From assembly GCF_000179635.2 (NCBI RefSeq), contig NC_014833.1, positions 270,001 through 302,000 of the forward strand: a DNA stretch of 32,000 bases, read 5' to 3'. Source of the stretch: Ruminococcus albus 7 = DSM 20455 (GTDB lineage Bacteria; Bacillota; Clostridia; Oscillospirales; Ruminococcaceae). The notes under the pieces were generated by a model that was not told the origin of the DNA, ran no database searches, and was given only the letters and a program-made list of their open reading frames with translations. The position numbers were made by a program, and so were the translations under genes. Of this stretch, positions 15,656-22,924 are shown piece by piece (positions within the stretch are counted from its first letter, which is position 1; each line of letters starts with the position of its first letter).

Positions 15656-16672
15656 TCAAGCCATGCCTGCAGTGATGATAGCCATCTTGTAAACTTCATC
15701 AGCGTTGCAGCCTCTGGAGAGGTCGTTGATAGGAGCGTTCAGACCCTGGAGGATAGGACCGTAAGCCTCATAGCCGCCGAGTCTCTGAGCGATCTTGTAG
15801 CCGATGTTGCCTGCCTCGATAAGAGGGAAGATGAATGTGTTAGCCTGACCTGCGACCTTGCTGTCGGGGCACTTGGTCTTTGCAACTTCGGGAGATACAG
15901 CTGCATCGAACTGGAATTCACCGTCGATAACGAGATCGGGGTCGATGTTCTTAGCTTCGATAACAGCATCGTGGCTCAGCTGAACAGTGCCGCCCTTGCC
16001 TGAACCGTAGGTGGAGAAGCTCAGTACAGCTACCTTGGGGTCGATACCGAAGAAAGCTGCTGTTCTTGCAGTTTCAACTGCAACTTCACCCAGCTGTCTT
16101 GCTGCGGAAAGAACTACGTTGCCTTCCTTGTCAAGTCTGTCGGTGTAGCCGAGATTGATAGCACAGTCGCCCATAGCGATCTTCTCTTCCTTGCCGTCCT
16201 TCTCTCTGAAAAGGATGAAAGAGGAGCTTACCAGATTGCTGCCCTTCTTGGTCTTGATGATCTGGAGAGCAGGTCTTACTGTATCAGCGGTGGAATAAGT
16301 AGCGCCGCCCAGCAGAGCGTCAGCCTTGCCTGCCTTAACGAGCATTGTGCCGAAGTAGTTGGACTTCTTCAGTGCAGCTCTTACTTCTTCCTCGGTCATC
16401 TTGCCCTTTCTCAGCTCAACCATCTGAGCAACGAGAGCATCCATCTCGGGATAAGTCTCGGGATCGAGTATCTCAGCGCCGTCGATATTGAAATTGCCTG
16501 CCTTTGCAGCAGCCTTTACTTCGTCAACGTTGCCACAGAGTATAACGCCCATCAGACCCTCTTTCAGAAGTCTGTCAGCAGCGGTGAGTATACGTGAGTC
16601 ATTACCCTCGGTAAATACGATTGTCTTCTTTTCAGCTTTGAGATTAGCTATCAGCTTATCAAACATTCCCAT
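15656..16672 (-). CDS. pta: Phosphate acetyltransferase
   Basis: 338-aa short-form Pta with a GGAGG ribosome-binding site. Blocks GGATYSTADTVRPALQIIKT, DGEFQFDAA and INDLSRG are present. Confidence 0.93.
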   Translation of the reverse strand: MGMFDKLIANLKAEKKTIVFTEGNDSRILTAADRLLKEGLMGVILCGNVDEVKAAAKAGNFNIDGAEILDPETYPEMDALVAQMVELRKGKMTEEEVRAALKKSNYFGTMLVKAGKADALLGGATYSTADTVRPALQIIKTKKGSNLVSSSFILFREKDGKEEKIAMGDCAINLGYTDRLDKEGNVVLSAARQLGEVAVETARTAAFFGIDPKVAVLSFSTYGSGKGGTVQLSHDAVIEAKNIDPDLVIDGEFQFDAAVSPEVAKTKCPDSKVAGQANTFIFPLIEAGNIGYKIAQRLGGYEAYGPILQGLNAPINDLSRGCNADEVYKMAIITAGMA

Positions 16673-16712
16673 AATTTTACAACCTCCATGAGAAAAATAA
16701 ATTTACCATATA

Positions 16713-16741
16713 ATTATAACATACTTTTTGAGAAAAGTAAA
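16713..16741 (-). promoter_or_regulatory. Putative pta promoter
   Basis: On the minus strand: TTTACT (16741-16736), a 17-nt spacer, then TGtTATAAT (-10 at 16718-16713). Confidence 0.5.
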
Positions 16742-16832
16742 GGGATTTTTCAGGGTACGGAAAGGCTTTTTGTCGCACAAAAAATCTTTTTGTATAAATT
16801 TTGAATTCCGCATATTTTTTCGTTATTCGTAC

Positions 16833-16861
16833 TTGTAAAGCGGTGTAAAATGTGTTATACT
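16833..16861 (+). promoter_or_regulatory. Putative promoter of the YdbS-like to cheW unit
   Basis: TTGTAA (16833-16838), a 17-nt spacer, then TGtTATACT (-10 at 16856-16861), about 58 nt upstream of the ATG at 16919. Confidence 0.5.
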
Positions 16862-16918
16862 AATTATGTATAAGTTTTTGGGATAATGCAGGAATGCCGT
16901 TTATAAGGAGTAGGGGAT

Positions 16919-17392
16919 ATGAAAGTTTACAAGCTGTCTAAAAGACCGCTGGCGCTTATCTATGCGTTTCTTGGCGGGATACTTCTGCTTATAAGGTTCG
17001 CGCTGAATCTGGTGATCGATCTTATCGGACGATTTACACATATCCGTGGTGATCTTGCCGATTACTATGTGCTTTTGCCATTATGGGTGATCGCTGCACT
17101 TTTTGCGATACTGGTACTGCCTTTTTATTTCCACAAGGCGAGTTACACGGTATCGGATAAGGAGATAACCGCTAAGGGCGGACTTATGGTCACATCAAGG
17201 CAGTTCATGCTGACATCTGCCGTTAAATCGGTGACTTCGATACTTCTGCCACTGGGCAGGCTGACAGGCATGAACTTCATAATACTGAACGCGCTGGGCT
17301 CAAGACTGGTGATACCCTTTCTGTGCAGACGTGATGCCGAAGAGATCGCCAATCTGGTAAACAATTCCATAAGGAGCAGGGCTGACCTATGA
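16919..17392 (+). CDS. YdbS-like bacterial PH-domain (bPH_2) membrane protein
   Basis: 157 aa with two N-terminal TM helices followed by a bPH-like module (YTVSDKEITAKGGLMVTSRQFM...). The size and architecture resemble B. subtilis YdbS. AAGGAG ribosome-binding site. Confidence 0.75.
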   Translation: MKVYKLSKRPLALIYAFLGGILLLIRFALNLVIDLIGRFTHIRGDLADYYVLLPLWVIAALFAILVLPFYFHKASYTVSDKEITAKGGLMVTSRQFMLTSAVKSVTSILLPLGRLTGMNFIILNALGSRLVIPFLCRRDAEEIANLVNNSIRSRADL

Positions 17393-18885
17393 TTGACGAA
17401 TACAAGGGTATAGGCGGCTTTTTCAGAAGACGGCAGCATCCTGTGAAGATATTGATGTATATAGCGAAGTATCTGTGGCTGCTGCTGATACCTCTGGCGA
17501 AATACCTTATTGCGATGCAATTCGATTTTGAAAACTGGGTTAAGACAAACTGGGTAGATATACTTACCCTCTCGGTGATATTCGGATACGGCATACTGCG
17601 GTGGGTATTCATATACTTTGAGATAGAAGAAGACGGTATTATCGCACATACCGGATATTTCGGCATAGAAAAGACCCAGGTGTATTTCAGTGAGATGTCC
17701 TCAATGTCCCTATGTCAGGGTTATATATTCAGGCTGCTGGGAGCGTGTACGGTATATATCGACACAGATGCCAAAAGCATCGGAAATACGGATATAAGGC
17801 TTGATATCAGTCAGAAGCAGGCATTCAGGATATACGAGCTTGCAACAAAGCGCTGCCGCAATAAGCCAAAGTATATATTCAATTCGCAGAAGCGAAGCCT
17901 GATCATATTCTCGCTGCTTTTTTCATCGACGCTTTCGGGTATGCTGCTTACGCTAACATTCATATACCAGGCGTACAGGATAGTCGGACGTGAGATAGAG
18001 GAGGAATTCCTTACAAAGGTCAATACTCAGCTTGAAAAGCTGGCAGTACACATACCCAAATATCTTATAGTTGCAGCAGCGGTGGTGACAGGCAGCTGGC
18101 TGGTATCCTTTATATCAAACCTTATGCGTCACTGGGGATTCAGCTGTACCAGATGTGCGGATATGCTCCTTATAAGCAGCGGAAAGGGGACCAAGCGCCG
18201 CCATGTAATAATGCGTGACAGGATAAACTTCATAGATTATCAGCAGTCAATGTTCATGAAGCTTTTCGGGATATGTTCGGTGCAGGTGCACTGTACGGGC
18301 TACGGCAAACGCAGGCTCGAACTTTCTGCACTTGTTCCCATAACGACTAATACTGCTGCGGAAACTTCCGTCAGGCTTCTGATGCCGAATATGCCTACAG
18401 CAGGGTATGATGTAAGAACAGGCTGGGGAGATGTCAGGAGATTCGTTACTGTGCCGCTGCTGATATGTCTTCTGCCCGGAGCGCTGTATGAATTCCTTTG
18501 CAGATTGATACCTCACTTTGAGATGGTGGTGAAGACTATCCCAGACTGGAAAAGCGCCATAACCAATCTTGCAGTGATATCTATGCTGCCGCTTGTATGG
18601 CTCGTAATAATAAAGGTAAATGCGGCATTCAATACAGCGGCAGGATTTGAAAACGGTCAGTGTATGCTGTCATACTGCAAGTTCTATCGTTTCCACAGAG
18701 CGGCAGTGAGGATAGACCGCATAAGCAAGATAAAGATAACCAGAAATCCATTTCAGCGTATGAACGGTACTTGTCACCTTTATGTGTATACCTCTGCGGA
18801 GGGTTCAAGCCGCCATGTGGTAAAGGGGCTGAATTATGAAAGACTCACTGCTGCGATGGCTAAGGCAGGCATTATCGACCCATGA
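17389..18885 (+). CDS. YdbT-like membrane protein with repeated bPH_2 modules
   Basis: 498 aa, with an ATGA overlap with the upstream gene. TM hairpins alternate with PH-like segments, and the size resembles B. subtilis YdbT. Confidence 0.75.
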   Translation: MIDEYKGIGGFFRRRQHPVKILMYIAKYLWLLLIPLAKYLIAMQFDFENWVKTNWVDILTLSVIFGYGILRWVFIYFEIEEDGIIAHTGYFGIEKTQVYFSEMSSMSLCQGYIFRLLGACTVYIDTDAKSIGNTDIRLDISQKQAFRIYELATKRCRNKPKYIFNSQKRSLIIFSLLFSSTLSGMLLTLTFIYQAYRIVGREIEEEFLTKVNTQLEKLAVHIPKYLIVAAAVVTGSWLVSFISNLMRHWGFSCTRCADMLLISSGKGTKRRHVIMRDRINFIDYQQSMFMKLFGICSVQVHCTGYGKRRLELSALVPITTNTAAETSVRLLMPNMPTAGYDVRTGWGDVRRFVTVPLLICLLPGALYEFLCRLIPHFEMVVKTIPDWKSAITNLAVISMLPLVWLVIIKVNAAFNTAAGFENGQCMLSYCKFYRFHRAAVRIDRISKIKITRNPFQRMNGTCHLYVYTSAEGSSRHVVKGLNYERLTAAMAKAGIIDP

Positions 18886-18909
18886 TGATATCGGGAAAAG
18901 GAGAGGGAT

Positions 18910-19203
18910 ATGGCAGAGGCTAAAGTAATTATAACGAAGATAACCGATAACGGCACCTACCCGATGTGGGCGGAGGCAGAACTTATCGATACCCACGGGA
19001 AGAAACACGTTTTCAAGGATAAACTGCCGATATTCGCTCATGATGATATGGACGATACCTGTCCCCGTGATGGTGTGGTGAGATGTTTTATCAAGGAAGA
19101 ACACGACAGTTTTTATGTTATCGATACGAGATTTCCCGATGATGTTGAATCTGATGACGGAGAGACATGGTTTGAGGTGGACAAGGAAAAAGTCACACCA
19201 TAG
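18910..19203 (+). CDS. Hypothetical small acidic protein (97 aa)
   Basis: GGAGAGGG ribosome-binding site. It starts 24 nt after the YdbT-like stop. No family was recognised. Confidence 0.6.
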   Translation: MAEAKVIITKITDNGTYPMWAEAELIDTHGKKHVFKDKLPIFAHDDMDDTCPRDGVVRCFIKEEHDSFYVIDTRFPDDVESDDGETWFEVDKEKVTP

Positions 19204-19222
19204 CTTGAAAAAAAGCAGCGGT

Positions 19223-19510
19223 ATGACCCTAATAAAAGATGAGGCTTTTGAAAAGCTTTATGAGCAGTACGATGAAGGTGTAATAGAGTATTTTATCATG
19301 AAGAGCGATAAGCCTTACGATGGCGAAAAGTCCCACAGGAATGCGGTGCTGTTCCCGAAAGGGGTTCAGGACACCGAGATATACAGCTGGAGCCATGACT
19401 GGTCGGAATATTTTGACGATGGAAATGAATGGTGGGGCTGTATGTATCATACTGTATACGACAGGGCTATGGACAGATTTACAGTTATAGCCGCATCTGC
19501 CACGGACTAG
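19223..19510 (+). CDS. Hypothetical small acidic protein (95 aa)
   Basis: The track ORF 19115..19510 overlaps the previous gene. The in-frame ATG at 19223, 19 nt after that gene's stop, is the plausible start. It is Trp/Asp/Glu-rich. The ribosome-binding site is weak. Confidence 0.5.
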   Translation: MTLIKDEAFEKLYEQYDEGVIEYFIMKSDKPYDGEKSHRNAVLFPKGVQDTEIYSWSHDWSEYFDDGNEWWGCMYHTVYDRAMDRFTVIAASATD

Positions 19511-19520
19511 GAGAGGGACT

Positions 19521-19913
19521 ATGGAAGAATATTCTGTAAAGCTGAAAAAACTTACGGACGGTACTTTCTATAATGCCGTTGTAACAGAGGATGATAACGG
19601 TGAAGTGCTGAAGTTCAAGGCGGAAATCGGCGGCAAAAATTACGTGGGTGAAGACGAGGACTATTATACGGCTTTCAGAAAGCTGAGGGACGTTCTTCTC
19701 ACTGCGGGGTACGGTATGTGCTGTGCAGGGGCAATGGTGAATGCTTTGCAGTCGGGCATGATGGCGGGGAGTGACAGGGTATATCTTGTGAAGCTGAATG
19801 AAAAGCCGTCATTGAAAGACGCAGCAGGGATATTTGATCCTGCTGCCCCGGAGATATTCCCCGACAGCAAAGCACAGGAGATATACACAGAGAGATTCTT
19901 TGATTCGATATGA
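19521..19913 (+). CDS. Hypothetical protein (130 aa)
   Basis: GGAGAGGG ribosome-binding site, 10 nt after the upstream stop. No family was recognised. Confidence 0.6.
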   Translation: MEEYSVKLKKLTDGTFYNAVVTEDDNGEVLKFKAEIGGKNYVGEDEDYYTAFRKLRDVLLTAGYGMCCAGAMVNALQSGMMAGSDRVYLVKLNEKPSLKDAAGIFDPAAPEIFPDSKAQEIYTERFFDSI

Positions 19914-19950
19914 TACAATGAATATTTGAAATAATGGGCGGTGATACGAT

Positions 19951-22368
19951 ATGCCAAAATTTGATGAGAGTATGGAAAGCATGGTCGATACCTTTTTGTT
20001 TGAAACGGGCGAACTGCTTGAAAACCTTGATGAGATACTCATGCGTGCCGAACAGGCGGAAGAGATATCCATGATAGAGGAGAGCGACATCGCGGAGATA
20101 TTCCGAACCATGCACACGATAAAGGGTTCGGCGGCGATGATGGGTTTGCAGAATATGTCTACCCTTGCCCATGCGATGGAGGATATGTTCTATATAATCC
20201 GTGAGAAGACCTATGTACGCACTGACAAGGCAGCGCTGTTTGACCTGCTTTACAAGAGCAGTGATGCGCTGAAAGCAGAGCTTGAAAACCTTTCGGATGA
20301 GGATATACCGCTTACTGATTTTTCGGATATGATAGGGCATATCCACGATCTGGCAGCATTCTTCAAGGGCGAGGGTGATACTGTTGAAGAACAGATCGCG
20401 GAAGTACCTCAGGATATCTTTGATGAAAATGAACCTGAGGATATGCTGACATATAAGCTTATATATGATGAGGGCTGTCAGATGCCGTCTGCAAGGGCTA
20501 TAGTGCTGATACGCAAGCTTGGGGCTTTTGCAGAGGTCTGCAGAACTATCCCGCCTGATATGGATGATGACAGCGCTGATGGAATAATCAAAAAATCGGG
20601 GCTGTATATCAAGCTGATAACAGATGACCGCAAGGCAGTTGAAAAGGTACTTTCATCTGCGCTGAATGTTGAAAACTTTGAGCTTTTCACAAAGGAAAGG
20701 CTGAAAATTATGACGGCGGGATCAGCAGCTGATAAAACTCCCAAGGCGGATCTACCTGATGGCGTATTCCTGCCCGATGATCCGGACGATCTTCTGACCT
20801 ACATGGTAAAATACAGTGACAACTGTGCTATGCCCTCCGCAAGGGCGATAGTGCTGCTGCGAAAGCTGGGCACTGTTGCGGAAGTCTGCCGCACTCTGCC
20901 TGCCGATATGGACAGCGATGATGCCGATGATATCATCAAAAAGCAGGGGCTGTATATCAGATTGATGACTGATGATACCTCCGCAGTGGAGAAAATGCTC
21001 AAAAGCGGTATCAATGTGGAGCAGACAGCGAGGATAGAAAAGCCCTCGGAAAAAAAGGAAGAACAAGGTGTTGTTCCGGAAAAAACAACGGAGAAGGATA
21101 CTCCGCAGGAAAAAAACGATCAGTCGGCAAAGCCTGCACCGAAGCCGCAGAAAAAGGATCACAAGGAGCAGAGCCTGCTGACGGTCAAGCTTGAAAAACT
21201 GGACAAGCTTTTAGACCTGGTATCTGAGATCGTTATAACCGAGAGCGCTGTTACCTCATCGCCTGACCTGAGAGGATTGGAAACCAAGCTTGACCGTTTC
21301 AACAAATCCTCCCGTGAACTGAAAAAACTGACGGATGAATTGCAGGACGTAGTCATGTCACTGCGAATGGTCCCTGTATCTACGGCTTTTCAGAAGATGA
21401 ACCGAGTTGTCCGTGATATGAACAACACCCTTAAAAAGAATGCTGTGCTGCTTTTCAGGGGTGAGGATACAGAGGTCGATAAATCCATAATAGATATGCT
21501 TGGCGATCCGCTGATGCACATTGTCAGGAATGCTGTCGATCATGGTATCGAGACCCCTGAGGAACGTGCTGCAGCAGGCAAGACCAATGCCCCTACAGTA
21601 ACTCTTAGCGCAGGCTATGAATCCAATGAGGTAGTTATATCATGCAAGGATAACGGCGCAGGTATGGATGCTGCCAAGATCCTTGCAAAGGCAAAGAAGA
21701 ACGGTCTGCTTACCAAGCCCGAGAATGAGTATACCGAAAAAGAGATATTCAACTTTGTTATTGCTGCGGGCTTTTCAACAAATGAATCGGTCACACAGTA
21801 CAGCGGACGCGGTGTCGGCATGGACGTAGTAAAGCAGAATATCGAAAAAGTGGGCGGCAAGCTTATCGTATCTTCAAAACTGGGAGTAGGCAGTACCTTT
21901 ACCATAAGGATCCCACTTTCGCTTTCGATACTGGATGTTCTCAGTGTTGAAATAGGAGAAAGCAGTATATCTATACCTGCGGCATCTGTAAGGGAAGCAT
22001 TCTCCTGCAAAGCGGGCAGCCTTATAACCGATCCTGACGGTAATGAGTTCATATATCTCAGGGATAAGTGCCTGCCGCTGATAAGGCTGGGAGAAAAGCT
22101 TAAGCTTGAAACTGAGATAACCGAACCCGAAAAGGGTATATGCATATACTGCCGTGAGGGCGCCAATGAAGCGGTGCTTCTTGCTGACAGGATAGTATGC
22201 GATCAGCAGGTGGTAGTAAAGCCGTTCTCACCGCTGCTTGACGGTCTTCACCTTAAAGAAGCGGGGCTTGCAGGCTGTTCGATATTGGGTGACGGCAGTA
22301 TGACCATAATACTTGATATGATAACACTGCTGGGCAGCGAAACAGGAGAGGAGACTTCAAATGGCTGA
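19951..22368 (+). CDS. cheA: Chemotaxis histidine kinase CheA with a tandemly duplicated P2-like module
   Basis: HPt site FRTMHTIKGSAAMMG, N-box HIVRNAVDHGIE, G1 DNGAGMD, G2 GRGVGMDVV, and a C-terminal CheW-like domain. There are two 86-aa repeats between HPt and the dimerisation domain. Confidence 0.93.
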   Translation: MPKFDESMESMVDTFLFETGELLENLDEILMRAEQAEEISMIEESDIAEIFRTMHTIKGSAAMMGLQNMSTLAHAMEDMFYIIREKTYVRTDKAALFDLLYKSSDALKAELENLSDEDIPLTDFSDMIGHIHDLAAFFKGEGDTVEEQIAEVPQDIFDENEPEDMLTYKLIYDEGCQMPSARAIVLIRKLGAFAEVCRTIPPDMDDDSADGIIKKSGLYIKLITDDRKAVEKVLSSALNVENFELFTKERLKIMTAGSAADKTPKADLPDGVFLPDDPDDLLTYMVKYSDNCAMPSARAIVLLRKLGTVAEVCRTLPADMDSDDADDIIKKQGLYIRLMTDDTSAVEKMLKSGINVEQTARIEKPSEKKEEQGVVPEKTTEKDTPQEKNDQSAKPAPKPQKKDHKEQSLLTVKLEKLDKLLDLVSEIVITESAVTSSPDLRGLETKLDRFNKSSRELKKLTDELQDVVMSLRMVPVSTAFQKMNRVVRDMNNTLKKNAVLLFRGEDTEVDKSIIDMLGDPLMHIVRNAVDHGIETPEERAAAGKTNAPTVTLSAGYESNEVVISCKDNGAGMDAAKILAKAKKNGLLTKPENEYTEKEIFNFVIAAGFSTNESVTQYSGRGVGMDVVKQNIEKVGGKLIVSSKLGVGSTFTIRIPLSLSILDVLSVEIGESSISIPAASVREAFSCKAGSLITDPDGNEFIYLRDKCLPLIRLGEKLKLETEITEPEKGICIYCREGANEAVLLADRIVCDQQVVVKPFSPLLDGLHLKEAGLAGCSILGDGSMTIILDMITLLGSETGEETSNG
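20431..21036 (+). repeat. Intragenic tandem duplication in cheA (two 258-nt units, 348 nt apart)
   Basis: Residues 161-246 and 277-362 are identical at 54 of 86 positions (ungapped, hand count). An example shared block is MPSARAIVL(I/L)RKLG..AEVCRT. Confidence 0.9.
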
Positions 22369-22795
22369 TGTTTACGAACTTCTGGATAATGGCGGTCAGC
22401 TGCTGACATTTACCGCCGGGGGAGAGTATTACGGATTTTACATTCTTGATGTAGCAGATATCATAGAGATGCCAGCATTTACTGTCATACCTACAGCACC
22501 GCCGTATGTTCTGGGACTGATGAACCATCGCGGAAAGGCGGTTCCCGTAATGGATCTGCGTCTGCGTTTGGGGCTCCCTAAGGGCGATTACGATGACAGG
22601 AGCTGTGTGATAGTGATAGAGGTTAACACTATGCAGTGCGGACTTGCAGTTGACAGGGTCAGCGATGTTGAGAATATCACAACGGATATGATAGCACGTT
22701 CCCCTGTAGATACAGGTCTTGTAAAGGGTTTTGTTATCCGTGATGGCAGACCGAGGATAGCTATACTCGACCCCGAGTCAGTGGCAAGGACATAA
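22361..22795 (+). CDS. cheW: Chemotaxis coupling protein CheW
   Basis: 144 aa, with an 8-nt overlap with the cheA stop and a GGAGAGGAG ribosome-binding site. Block LLTFTAGGEYYGFYILDV...GLMNHRGKAVPVMDLR is present. Confidence 0.9.
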   Translation: MADVYELLDNGGQLLTFTAGGEYYGFYILDVADIIEMPAFTVIPTAPPYVLGLMNHRGKAVPVMDLRLRLGLPKGDYDDRSCVIVIEVNTMQCGLAVDRVSDVENITTDMIARSPVDTGLVKGFVIRDGRPRIAILDPESVART

Positions 22796-22810
22796 TGATC
22801 GTATTATCTT

Positions 22811-22856
22811 ACAGTGAACAGTTAAGGTATCACCTTGCTGTTCACTGTTCTTTTTT
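22811..22856 (+). terminator. Rho-independent terminator after cheW
   Basis: An 11-bp perfect stem joins ACAGTGAACAG (22811-22821) and CTGTTCACTGT (22838-22848), followed by TCTTTTTT. Confidence 0.85.
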
Positions 22857-22858
22857 GC

Positions 22859-22887
22859 TTGCATGATCAGGCATAATGTGGTATAAT
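22859..22887 (+). promoter_or_regulatory. Putative polA promoter
   Basis: TTGCAT (22859-22864), a 17-nt spacer, then TGgTATAAT (-10 at 22882-22887), 37 nt upstream of the polA ATG. Confidence 0.6.
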
Positions 22888-22924
22888 ATAACAGAACATT
22901 GTTAACAAACCGGGAGGTATACAG

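Noticed and set aside
19905-19950. A possible internal promoter (TGaTACAAT at about 19909-19917) or FliA-type promoter ahead of cheA.
   Set aside because: There is no acceptable -35 at 17-nt spacing, and no TAAA-N15-GCCGATAA pattern was found. I have left cheA as part of the upstream operon pending transcript data.
19699-20346. A 215-aa minus-strand ORF across the 130-aa ORF and the cheA start. Other antisense ORFs lie in cheA (20752..21162, 21615..22166) and in the atp genes (30482..30994, 30564..31208).
   Set aside because: All are antisense to genes with clear catalytic motifs. They are basic or low-complexity shadows.
21047-21120. A-runs (up to A7) in the K/E-rich cheA linker, considered as possible slipped-strand phase-variation tracts.
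   Set aside because: The runs are short (7 nt or fewer) and simply encode Lys/Glu-rich linker sequence. There is no evidence of variability from a single sequence.
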